A stretch of DNA of 64,000 nt from the IMG/VR virus record IMGVR_UViG_3300031993_000015; one strand, 5' to 3'. The position numbers were made by a program, and so were the translations under genes. Below the pieces are notes generated by a model. The model was not told where the DNA came from. It saw only the letters and a list, made by a program, of their open reading frames with translations, and made no database searches. Shown here piece by piece: positions 1-8,810 of this stretch; within the stretch, counting starts at the first letter, position 1; every line of letters begins with the position of its first letter. This stretch comes from a virus. Lineage: Duplodnaviria; Caudoviricetes.

Positions 1-549
1 GACGGCGAACTCGATGCCTCCACGCCTGAGAAGAAACTCGCGAACTCCGCTATCAAGCAGGGTTCGGTGGTTCACCTGGATTCGACCACTGGCAAGTACA
101 ACATCGGCCTCGCCGCTGCTTCCAGCATCAACTTCCCGGTGCCCTTCATCTCCCTCAAGAACGCTTTCGATCCCGATGTGACCACCGGCGTCGAAGGTGA
201 CACCCAGACCGTCCAGATCTACGGTTCCACCAACACCTTCACTTTCCCGAACCCCCGTCGCTCCACGTTCAGCGCCGTCGGCGGCAAGATCACGGCCATT
301 CCGTGCACCGCCGGCTACGAAATCGAAACGACCGAGTTTGTCGAAGGCACCTATGCGATCAACGACGCGCTCACCGCTGCCAGCTCCACTGACATCGGCA
401 AGCTCAAAGTCGCGACCGCCGTGCCGTTCAAGGCGTCCGGTTCCGTGCCGATCCTCGGCTTCGTCTCCCGCGTTCCTTACACGAACGACGCTTATCTCCA
501 GAAGCGCATCGGGTTCTGGACCAACTTCATCCCGGCTGTCGGGGCCTAA
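1..549 (+). CDS. Head decoration/capsid cement protein (5' truncated; frame open from base 1)
   Basis: Beta-rich small protein directly upstream of the major capsid gene with the same highly biased codon usage; no stop between 1 and 67 in this frame. Confidence 0.6.
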   Translation, partial: DGELDASTPEKKLANSAIKQGSVVHLDSTTGKYNIGLAAASSINFPVPFISLKNAFDPDVTTGVEGDTQTVQIYGSTNTFTFPNPRRSTFSAVGGKITAIPCTAGYEIETTEFVEGTYAINDALTAASSTDIGKLKVATAVPFKASGSVPILGFVSRVPYTNDAYLQKRIGFWTNFIPAVGA

Positions 550-567
550 TCCAAGGAGGACTTCACT

Positions 568-1527
568 ATGGCTTGGGATCAAATCAAAGTTGCTTCCGTT
601 TCTGAAGACATCCGCGCAAAGTTCGCCACCGGCGACAAGGACATGTGCAAGCAGGGCACACTCGCTGCCAACGACTACTTCCGCACAGAAATCCGCTCCA
701 ACGGCATCCGTCGTCAGATCACTCCGCCTGTCCAGGTCACGAAGGACATGTTCGACCCGTCCGAGACCTCCGACATTCCGATCATCTACGCCGAGGTCGC
801 TCCTCGCTCGTCCGGCGCCTACATGGTCTCCTTCGAGACTGGCCCGAAGAACGAGAACATCTACGGCAACAAGATCCGCATCGAACTCAACCGCATCATG
901 ACCAAGAAGTACAGCATCGACAAGATCCGTCTCGATGCCTACAAGATGCCGCTGCTTGAGATCCTCGAAGACCTGCTCCTCAAAGACATCATGGATGTCG
1001 AGGACAACGTCACCATCGGTCTCGACAAGGACATCTGCGGTCCTCTGAACACGGTCAACCCCTGGATGGGCTGCCGTCGCTATGTCACCTGCGGTGGCAT
1101 CAGCCGCGAAGCTCTCGTGCACCTCAAGAAGGGCATGCCTGTGGCTCCTGGTCATCTCATGACCAAGAAGTTCCTTATGAACGACCTCACCTACTTCGAT
1201 CTCGGCGCTCTCGACCGTACCGAAGTCGGCGGCGACATGGCGCAGGAAATGTTCGTCAACGGCGTCACCACCTCCAAGATCCAGGGCATCGACACGGTCG
1301 TCACCATCAAGACCGACCTCATCCCGACCAAGGAAGTGTTCATCTACACCGATCCGATGTACTACGGCGGCTTCTACGTCTACAACGACGTCACGATGGT
1401 CGTCGATGAAGTCGATGACATCTGGATGACCTTCTTCGCCCATGAGTGCGTCGGCGCCTCCGTGGCCAACAGCCCCGGCGTTGCCCGTGCATCCCTCACC
1501 GGCACCCTCGTCGATTGGGAAGGCTAA
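568..1527 (+). CDS. Major capsid protein (probable HK97 fold)
   Basis: 319 aa, strong RBS AAGGAGG, highly biased codons, followed by a terminator; position at the head of the structural module. Confidence 0.8.
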   Translation: MAWDQIKVASVSEDIRAKFATGDKDMCKQGTLAANDYFRTEIRSNGIRRQITPPVQVTKDMFDPSETSDIPIIYAEVAPRSSGAYMVSFETGPKNENIYGNKIRIELNRIMTKKYSIDKIRLDAYKMPLLEILEDLLLKDIMDVEDNVTIGLDKDICGPLNTVNPWMGCRRYVTCGGISREALVHLKKGMPVAPGHLMTKKFLMNDLTYFDLGALDRTEVGGDMAQEMFVNGVTTSKIQGIDTVVTIKTDLIPTKEVFIYTDPMYYGGFYVYNDVTMVVDEVDDIWMTFFAHECVGASVANSPGVARASLTGTLVDWEG

Positions 1528-1555
1528 TCCCTCTCACCAGTCCGCGACTGATTCT

Positions 1556-1584
1556 GGCTCCCTCTTCACGGAGGGGGCCTTTTT
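1556..1584 (+). terminator. Rho-independent terminator after capsid gene
   Basis: ggctccctct-tcacg-gagggggcc hairpin followed by T-tract. Confidence 0.8.
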
Positions 1585-1589
1585 CATTG

Positions 1590-1598
1590 TATAGTAAG
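1590..1598 (+). promoter_or_regulatory. TATAGTAAG putative phage promoter motif
   Basis: Identical 9-mer at 38682 and 42028, variants at 40388 and 47747 (-); all intergenic, upstream of transcription units. Confidence 0.55.
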
Positions 1599-1632
1599 GA
1601 TGTACAACCATCCTAACTGAAAGGAATTTAAT

Positions 1633-2436
1633 ATGACACCAATCGCAACCATTATCCACAACCTTCTGAACAACAGCCGCATGGTGAACTGGACTGCCGA
1701 AAAGCAGACCTGGCTCGAAGCCAACGGCACAGCCGAAGTCCCATACGAAATCTGGTCTGCAGCCAACAAGGTGCAGCGCGAATCCATCAAGGCGGAAGTC
1801 ACGAGCGGCTATGTCACACTGGAACTCCGCGTCATGAAACCCAATGGCTGCCAGGAAATCATCCCATTCAGCCCAGTCGGCGATCTCAGCGTCGCGCCTG
1901 TCCAGACCACCCAGATCGTGCAGGCGAAAGTCGAGGAAGCGCCCAAGAAGGACGAGGCGCAGGAGAAGAACTACAAGGTTCTCGGCAATCATGTGGTCGT
2001 CGCCAACAGCAAGGGCATGGACGAGCTCTCCGGCAAATTCGGCATGAAGTCCCAGATCGTTGACCAGCCCGGCGTCGTCGAAGTCGGTGAAGACATGAAG
2101 GACGTTGTCAAATGGAGCGACGGCATGATTGAGGAAAAAGGCGGTCGCGGCTTCAACAAGAAGGCTGAGGCTGAAGAGCAGGAAGAAGCTCCTGCAGAGG
2201 AACCAGCCGAAGAGACTGCCGAGGAATCTGCTGAAGAGCAGGAAGAGGAAAAGACCGAAGAGGCAGTCGAGAAGGAAGTCAACGAGTTGCTTTCCGCTAA
2301 GAAATATGAAGAGGCACTTGAAGTTTTGACTGATTGGTTCGGCAAGAATCAGGTCACGTTCAAGGCGGCCGCTCTGCGTTACACCAAAACCTTCGAGGCA
2401 GTCGTCAAGAAGTTCAAACTCAGCAAGAAGGACTGA
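1633..2436 (+). CDS. Hypothetical virion-associated protein with acidic C-terminal region
   Basis: RBS AAGGA; E/K-rich low-complexity tract; follows capsid gene. Confidence 0.6.
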   Translation: MTPIATIIHNLLNNSRMVNWTAEKQTWLEANGTAEVPYEIWSAANKVQRESIKAEVTSGYVTLELRVMKPNGCQEIIPFSPVGDLSVAPVQTTQIVQAKVEEAPKKDEAQEKNYKVLGNHVVVANSKGMDELSGKFGMKSQIVDQPGVVEVGEDMKDVVKWSDGMIEEKGGRGFNKKAEAEEQEEAPAEEPAEETAEESAEEQEEEKTEEAVEKEVNELLSAKKYEEALEVLTDWFGKNQVTFKAAALRYTKTFEAVVKKFKLSKKD

Positions 2437-2439
2437 CAA

Positions 2440-2772
2440 ATGGCATCTTCCCTTTTCTATGATCTGTACGGGCGCCTGCGCGGGGGACAGACGAGCAATC
2501 CTGTCGATGCGCCGATGCCGTATCAGATCAAATGCGTCACCAGCACGGAAGCCAGTACCGGCTACAAGACCGTGACGCGTTATACTCGTTTCAACGGAGA
2601 CAACCAGCACAAGATCGGTATGTGGCGTGAGATCACAGTCTTCGACAACCAGGGCAACATCACGGACTTCAAGCATGAGTTCACTGTGGACCTCTGGGCA
2701 AATGTCGAGGAAGAGACTGTGCGCTGGGTCCCGATCAACGAGTGCTGGGATTTCCCGGTCCAGAAGGATTGA
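2440..2772 (+). CDS. Hypothetical protein
   Basis: Tightly packed + strand ORF. Confidence 0.6.
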   Translation: MASSLFYDLYGRLRGGQTSNPVDAPMPYQIKCVTSTEASTGYKTVTRYTRFNGDNQHKIGMWREITVFDNQGNITDFKHEFTVDLWANVEEETVRWVPINECWDFPVQKD

Positions 2773-2790
2773 AGCACAGGAGCGTGACAC

Positions 2791-3381
2791 ATGGACACTG
2801 TGAAAACACCATACATCATACAGCAGGGCAGGGTTCTGGCTCGTAGACCTGAAAAGGACTATGAGACAACAGGCGCCAGTGAAGCCATCACGATTGCTTC
2901 TGTCAACGCGAATCTCACCTGCACACTCAATACAACCGCTCCATTTGTCGGCGTTGTAGACAGCAACGGTATTCTCTGGCAACTGCCCAATCGTTGTGTC
3001 CAGTATGGTGAGTCCAGTGTCACGCTCAATCTCTCTGAAATCTACGAAACCAAACGCATGATCTCCGTACCTGCTACGACAACAATCGCTCTGCAGGGCG
3101 GTGGATCCATGACATTCTCCCGCTACAAGGAATCCGATTCAGCCAGGGGCTTTGCCTGGAGAAACGGAACAGCCGCGATCTTCACAGATACGCTGGTTCC
3201 TGTAGCGGGTACCACTTTCTATACAGACCCACAGATGTCTGTCAGTGGCGGGACAACGACAGCCTATGCAGCGCCGACAGCATCTGCATATCCAGGCGGC
3301 TGGAAAGCATTGTTCAGTGTTGTGCCAAAGCAGATCGCCTATGAGGTCATCAAGACTGGAACCTATGGTGAGAACCGCTAA
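2791..3381 (+). CDS. Hypothetical structural protein
   Basis: RBS AGGAG; T/S/G-rich beta-type sequence. Confidence 0.55.
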   Translation: MDTVKTPYIIQQGRVLARRPEKDYETTGASEAITIASVNANLTCTLNTTAPFVGVVDSNGILWQLPNRCVQYGESSVTLNLSEIYETKRMISVPATTTIALQGGGSMTFSRYKESDSARGFAWRNGTAAIFTDTLVPVAGTTFYTDPQMSVSGGTTTAYAAPTASAYPGGWKALFSVVPKQIAYEVIKTGTYGENR

Positions 3382-3407
3382 ACATATAACAGAGGACACA
3401 TCCTATA

Positions 3408-3794
3408 ATGAACAATCTGACACTTGAAGAGATTGAAGCGCTGAGAGTAGCGCTTGCTCAGCCGCAGACATCCAATGCTGCAATCCTGATCTTTACAGGC
3501 ATCATAGCCCTTTCAGGCTTCTTGTTTGTGATGTGGTGGATTCTCAGCATGAAACTGAAACCAGTTGAAAAGCTGGAAACACAGATGTCCGAATTGACCA
3601 GCACTGTGAACGAGATGAAGAGCAACATGTGGTCAGAGTCTTCGCTCAACAACCTCGTCCAGCTCAAGCTCTTCCAGTATATCCAGACGCATGAGCAGAA
3701 CTGCCCCTGCCGTAAGGCTCTCACCAACAAGGCAACGGCTCCTGCTCCATCTATCAACCCCAGTGTCACAAGCAACAACATCCCGATTCCGTGA
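3408..3794 (+). CDS. Single-TM, coiled-coil membrane protein (holin-like?)
   Basis: Hydrophobic AILIFTGIIALSGFLFVMWWIL followed by heptad-like segment. Confidence 0.45.
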   Translation: MNNLTLEEIEALRVALAQPQTSNAAILIFTGIIALSGFLFVMWWILSMKLKPVEKLETQMSELTSTVNEMKSNMWSESSLNNLVQLKLFQYIQTHEQNCPCRKALTNKATAPAPSINPSVTSNNIPIP

Positions 3795-3804
3795 GGTCTG
3801 AACT

Positions 3805-4710
3805 ATGGCCGACATCTGCTTGACTGAAAACATAGGCGGCCAGGGCGGTATTGCCGGCGGCGGTGGTAACGAGGGTCAGTCCTCCATCGTCAGCAACGGC
3901 ATCGGCGCGAACTCCTACGGCTACCCGGTCCTGGAAACAGTGACCGGGGTTACGCATACCTTCACAGTCCAGCTGACGAAGGACTATACCGGCGCGATTC
4001 CGCTGGACATGACAGGCATCACCAAGGTCGTGTTCGAAGCACGGCCTACGATGAACTCGTCTGCACGGAAGATACAGAAAGAGTGTACTTTCGATGCAGA
4101 CGGAAAGGTCACGCTGGAGCTCGGACCGGATGAGGTGAACCACAATAATGGCGTCTGGTACGGCGAGTTCAAGCTCTACGATGAGAACGATGTGTTGCGA
4201 CACGACCACCGTGCCTACCTGTGTATCAGGAAGGGCATGGACGGCAGCAACGACAGCGACCCGAACACGATCACCGCGATGGACGTTCGTCTGGCTATCA
4301 TGGATGTGTCCCCGGAAGCCAACGTCCTGCTCGATGACCTGGAGTTCTCCGATGTCCAGATCTACGCTGCCGTTCAGCGTTGCATTGACGAGTGGGAAGA
4401 GAAACCGCCAACGCTGCAGACGCACTTCAACTCCAAGAACTTCCCATTCCGCGAACATCTCATCAAGGGTGTCGTTGGCTATCTCATGCAGCAGATCGCC
4501 TATAAGTACACTCGCAACCGCATGCAGTATAATGCAGCTGGTCTTACTCTGGACACCAATGACAAGGGACCGCAGTATGCAGCCCTTGCACAGGCTGCCA
4601 GAGGCGAGTGGATCCACTTTGTCGATATGAAGAAAGCTGAACTGAACATGGGCGAGTGCTATGGCGTGATCGACATTCCGCAGTTCGGCGGGCTCACCAC
4701 CTGGTGGTAA
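3805..4710 (+). CDS. Putative head-tail adaptor/neck protein
   Basis: N-terminal beta-sandwich-like region plus helical C-terminal region; located between capsid and sheath. Confidence 0.5.
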   Translation: MADICLTENIGGQGGIAGGGGNEGQSSIVSNGIGANSYGYPVLETVTGVTHTFTVQLTKDYTGAIPLDMTGITKVVFEARPTMNSSARKIQKECTFDADGKVTLELGPDEVNHNNGVWYGEFKLYDENDVLRHDHRAYLCIRKGMDGSNDSDPNTITAMDVRLAIMDVSPEANVLLDDLEFSDVQIYAAVQRCIDEWEEKPPTLQTHFNSKNFPFREHLIKGVVGYLMQQIAYKYTRNRMQYNAAGLTLDTNDKGPQYAALAQAARGEWIHFVDMKKAELNMGECYGVIDIPQFGGLTTWW

Positions 4711-4711
4711 C

Positions 4712-5629
4712 ATGGCCGACAGCATCTTCACATCCTTTGTCTGTTCCATCCTGCCGAACAATCACAGGCAGCTGTCCTGGAACGTACTTGCGGGGCTGAC
4801 TTTTCCTGAGAATTTTCAACTTGAAGTTCAAAATTCCAGAGCAGGAGGTCCCTGGGAAGTACTTGCCCCGGATGTGAAGGATGTCTGTATCTGGGAAGAC
4901 CCCAGGCTGCGTAACTACAACAAGTACATGAACGAGCATTACAGGCTGCGTCTGTATGTACCAGGTGAGCAGGAAGGCGACGAGCCCCTGCAGGAGTACT
5001 TCTCGCCGATTGTTGCGGCCGGAACCACTGAGGCATGGCCGTTCAGCGCGGAAGCCAAGAACGTCGTGACACAGGTCGAGAAGCAGATCGAGATTTCCGG
5101 ATGCACAGGTGTGCTGCTTAAAAAGAAGCACTGGGGTGTCCGTTGCCCAGACTGTACCGACTTCGACAACCAGAACACTGTGAATGAGCACTGCCCGCGT
5201 TGTCTGGGAACCGGCTACGATGGTGGGTATTACCAGGGCATCAGTCTGTCAGTTCTGAAGGATACTCCGCAGACTGGTGAAGAGCAGAGTTTCGATGCCA
5301 TTGAAGGTCACGAGACAATCACCGGCAAGTGCGTAGCGTTCCCCTGGATTCGCTACGGAGATGTCTGGGTCGAGGATGGCACGAACAAGCGCTTCTTTGT
5401 CCACAAGGTTACACCGGCATCCGTATACAAGCAGACTGTGCTGGTATATGCTTTCCAGATGCGCCGTATAGAGTACACCGACATCATGTATGAGGTTCCT
5501 GCAGACGAGAAGGTCGAGATAAAAGACCTGTATCAGTCTGCGCAGGTCGCATATACACCGGAACTCGAAAAGACGCTGGAAGATCAGGCGATGTCTGACT
5601 GGCAGAAAGCATTGGAGGAACAGCTGTGA
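4712..5629 (+). CDS. Putative head-closure/neck protein with Zn ribbon
   Basis: RCPDC...CPRCLGTGYDGGYY; position in neck module. Confidence 0.5.
   Translation: MADSIFTSFVCSILPNNHRQLSWNVLAGLTFPENFQLEVQNSRAGGPWEVLAPDVKDVCIWEDPRLRNYNKYMNEHYRLRLYVPGEQEGDEPLQEYFSPIVAAGTTEAWPFSAEAKNVVTQVEKQIEISGCTGVLLKKKHWGVRCPDCTDFDNQNTVNEHCPRCLGTGYDGGYYQGISLSVLKDTPQTGEEQSFDAIEGHETITGKCVAFPWIRYGDVWVEDGTNKRFFVHKVTPASVYKQTVLVYAFQMRRIEYTDIMYEVPADEKVEIKDLYQSAQVAYTPELEKTLEDQAMSDWQKALEEQL
4810..4836. repeat. 27-bp quasi-palindromic dispersed site, copy 1
   Basis: GAATTTT-c-AACTT-g-AAGTT-c-AAAATTC; near-identical copies at 41361, 44600 (reverse) and 59182. Confidence 0.75.
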
Positions 5630-6300
5630 GCACCATCACGACAGACTACACAAAAGACGGCAACGAAGACACCATGCAGCGTGGCGGTCTGTCTGCGTAT
5701 AGGCTCATGCACTGGCTCTGCAATATTCTGCAGAACTTCTTTGCAGACCCGATCAATATCAAAGACGAACGTCTGAAGAACCTGCTCTGGCGTCAGGACA
5801 AAAAGGATGAGACCAAGCTGTTCGCCAAATTCGACATTGGTACAGCCTATGCACAGAACACGACTAAGGCGAACACAACGCCAATGATCGTGGTTTTTGT
5901 TGGAGATACGACACATGACAACAGTAGTGTGAACCGGGCCGGCGGCGGAGCGATTGCGCTGAATGGTGCCCGCCCGATGTATCAGGGCCGTTGTACCAAG
6001 CTCATCCCTCTGAACATCAGCATCACGACAGAAAGCTATGATGGTACGTTGTTGCTGGCTGGGCTTATTGAGGATTTTCTCACAGTCAATGAACTGCAGC
6101 TTTTGGAAGACTGTCGGATGATAAACAGCTTCAAAGTCATCAGCGTGACAGCTCCGAAGAAAACAGATGACCAGAACGCCGCCAAGGAAACCTACCAGTC
6201 GTTCATCCAGATACAGACAGCAGGTTGCATTTCCTGGACCACTGACACGCAGGGTCCGGTGTTCCGTGGTATTCGTTCCAGCGTAGGAATTTCACAATGA
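5626..6300 (+). CDS. Putative tail terminator/completion protein
   Basis: GTG start overlapping previous stop; directly upstream of sheath. Confidence 0.5.
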   Translation: MSTITTDYTKDGNEDTMQRGGLSAYRLMHWLCNILQNFFADPINIKDERLKNLLWRQDKKDETKLFAKFDIGTAYAQNTTKANTTPMIVVFVGDTTHDNSSVNRAGGGAIALNGARPMYQGRCTKLIPLNISITTESYDGTLLLAGLIEDFLTVNELQLLEDCRMINSFKVISVTAPKKTDDQNAAKETYQSFIQIQTAGCISWTTDTQGPVFRGIRSSVGISQ

Positions 6301-6393
6301 TTAACGTTTTTCTTCTTATAAGAACCACAATCACAGCCGAAGAAGAGCTGACACTTCGGTTGTTAAACAATGTCAGCGGATCGGATATATCCT

Positions 6394-8202
6394 ATGGCTA
6401 TTAAAAACTTCAATTTCCCTGGCGTTACACTCACGCAGGAGTTCGTGGCTTCCAACGTCGGAAACCAGACCGTCCTGAGTGTGGCGTGCATCGGCCGGCC
6501 TTATTATCTGCACAGGGCAGATGTCGCATCCGAGGCCGCTGTCACCTCTGTCACCATCAGTACGGCTGGTTCTGCTTCGACCAACTACGCACTGCCTGGT
6601 GTTGTCACTGAAGTCCCTGTGGACGGCGGCACTCCGTTCGTTCCGGCTATCGACACTGAATATCGCAAGATCTTCGTGCAGGACGGCCTGTTCGCACATG
6701 CGGCGATCTCCAGTCTGTCTCAGGCTGTCGCGGCCAGCGCCAGTACTGCGACGGTGGACTGCAAAAAGAACGTGAAGAGCGGCCTTGGTCAGACTGCTGA
6801 TACAGTGTTCGGTTCCCGTGAGGCGCAGCTGGGTGACAGCGTCACGATCACCGGCACGTCCATCAGCGGTATCGCAAAAGTGCGCAGCATTTCGAAGTCT
6901 GCCACGACCGGCGGCTACGGTACGGTCGAACTGGATCTCACCGGCGCGACAATCGGTGCTTCAGGCGGCACGATCACAGCCCTCAACTTCCTGGTGGAAG
7001 CTGACACCTACCTGGTCGATTCTTCGGGCGATACCTCGGTCAACATCTCTGGAACTACTACTTTCAACGTGAAGGCCGGTGCTGGTGCTCGTGTTGTGGA
7101 CAACCAGTTCGGTCTGCTCCAGGCTGGTACCTACACAATGGCTGTTGAGTACAGACAGCCGAACGGTCTGTTCAAGGGCAAGCTCGGTCAGGTTTACAAC
7201 GCTGACGCCGTGGATGAAATCCTTGGCGGCGCCTGTCTCGCGAACCCGCTGGCTCTGGCTGTCAAGCTGGCTTGCCTTGCGGCTCCCGACACGCTGGTGT
7301 ATTTCACCACGCCGACTACGACCAAGGACACTGTCGATGGTTTCCGTGAGGCTCTTGACTTCCTCAGCAAGTACGAAGAGATCTACAGCATTGTTCCCAT
7401 CATTACGGACCTTGACGCGGGTGTCACCTACAACGCCATCATCGCGGCGCTGCTCAATGATGTCATCACAGTGTCCGAAGACGAGGAAAGCAAGATCAGA
7501 CGTGCGCTCTGGTACGGCATCGGAAATGTCTGGGACAATACGATGGACACGAACCAGAAGAAGATCAACGCGGTCATCGCATCTCGTCAAGAGATTCCGA
7601 ACTCCTACAAGGCGCAGGCAGTCTGGGCTGATAGCGCAGCTTACAACGGCGAAACGATTCCGAACAGCATCCTGGCTGCGGCTCCCGCCGGTATGCGCTC
7701 CTATCAGCCGTGCCACCGCCCGCTGTCCAACATGCCATACAGCTTCCTCACTGCGAAGGAGCCGAACGGCTTCACGAAGAGCCAGCTGAAACAGCTCGGT
7801 TCTGAAGGTATCTGGATCATCGCCAACAACTCCGACGAGATTCCGATCAACATGAAGCAGGTCACAACGGCCGTCGCCAACGACCTGAACCAGGACGAGG
7901 AATCCATCGTCGCCAACGTTGACGAGATCTGCCTGAGCCTCTGCCACATCGGTGAAGACAGCGTCGGCTGCTCCAACATCAACGACACCATGATCCTGGC
8001 TCTGTCGGATGACATCTCCATCCTGATGGACAGCAAGACCATCAACCAGACCGGCAGTGCCTACATCGGTGCTCAGCTGCTCTCCTGGTCGCTGGACAAC
8101 ATCTATCAGGATCCGATTCACAAGGACCGCATCTATGCAGTCATCTCCTGTGAACCGCCGAAGCCCTTCAACGAGTTCAAGATTACCCTTCGGGTTATTT
8201 AA
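6394..8202 (+). CDS. Tail sheath protein
   Basis: N-terminal FPGVTLTQE motif; C-terminal DRIYAVISCEPPKPFNEFKITL typical of contractile sheaths; start 6394 preferred over 6370. Confidence 0.88.
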   Translation: MAIKNFNFPGVTLTQEFVASNVGNQTVLSVACIGRPYYLHRADVASEAAVTSVTISTAGSASTNYALPGVVTEVPVDGGTPFVPAIDTEYRKIFVQDGLFAHAAISSLSQAVAASASTATVDCKKNVKSGLGQTADTVFGSREAQLGDSVTITGTSISGIAKVRSISKSATTGGYGTVELDLTGATIGASGGTITALNFLVEADTYLVDSSGDTSVNISGTTTFNVKAGAGARVVDNQFGLLQAGTYTMAVEYRQPNGLFKGKLGQVYNADAVDEILGGACLANPLALAVKLACLAAPDTLVYFTTPTTTKDTVDGFREALDFLSKYEEIYSIVPIITDLDAGVTYNAIIAALLNDVITVSEDEESKIRRALWYGIGNVWDNTMDTNQKKINAVIASRQEIPNSYKAQAVWADSAAYNGETIPNSILAAAPAGMRSYQPCHRPLSNMPYSFLTAKEPNGFTKSQLKQLGSEGIWIIANNSDEIPINMKQVTTAVANDLNQDEESIVANVDEICLSLCHIGEDSVGCSNINDTMILALSDDISILMDSKTINQTGSAYIGAQLLSWSLDNIYQDPIHKDRIYAVISCEPPKPFNEFKITLRVI

Positions 8203-8215
8203 GGAGGACTGAACC

Positions 8216-8734
8216 ATGTCTGACAAGATTTCTATTTTCAATTCGCCCAATACAACGACCGAGACCTGGACACTCCAGGGCGCGGTTGTCCTGTGGGGCA
8301 CACATAACAGCGCAACCTCTGCGATCCCGATGCTCATGAATCAGGTCCAGTTCAGCTACGCTGTTCCCACCACGACTTTCACACCGCTGAACGCGAATGC
8401 AAAGGGCGGCGTTTCCCGTGTCATCATCAAGGGCACGCCGGAAGGCACGCTCACTGTGCAGTCCATCATCAGCCCGGATGTCACGGACCTCAAGAACTTC
8501 TTCAAGAACGTCACGAAGCCGTGCAAGCTGGCGAACGACCAGATCCTGCTCACCATTCGCCCGTTCGGCACACTGGAATGTACCAACACCAGTGTCAATG
8601 TCGCACGCAAGCTCACATTCTACCTGCATGATCTCGATATGCGGCAGATGGACTTCAACATCAGCCAGCAGAACAACATCGCTATCGTGCAGATGCCTCT
8701 CCAGTTCAACTTCACGAACCTTGAGATGGAATAA
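8216..8734 (+). CDS. Tail tube protein
   Basis: 172 aa right after sheath, strong RBS TAAGGAGG, followed by terminator. Confidence 0.7.
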   Translation: MSDKISIFNSPNTTTETWTLQGAVVLWGTHNSATSAIPMLMNQVQFSYAVPTTTFTPLNANAKGGVSRVIIKGTPEGTLTVQSIISPDVTDLKNFFKNVTKPCKLANDQILLTIRPFGTLECTNTSVNVARKLTFYLHDLDMRQMDFNISQQNNIAIVQMPLQFNFTNLEME

Positions 8735-8761
8735 GCGCGAGCAATCACGTTGGCATACGTA

Positions 8762-8797
8762 TCCCGCCTGTAGAGTAATCCGCAGGCGGGACTTTTT
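8762..8797 (+). terminator. Rho-independent terminator
   Basis: tcccgcctg...caggcggga stem + ttttt; loop contains TAGAGTAAT, a variant of the putative promoter motif. Confidence 0.75.
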
Positions 8798-8810
8798 GTA
8801 AGGAGGCATC

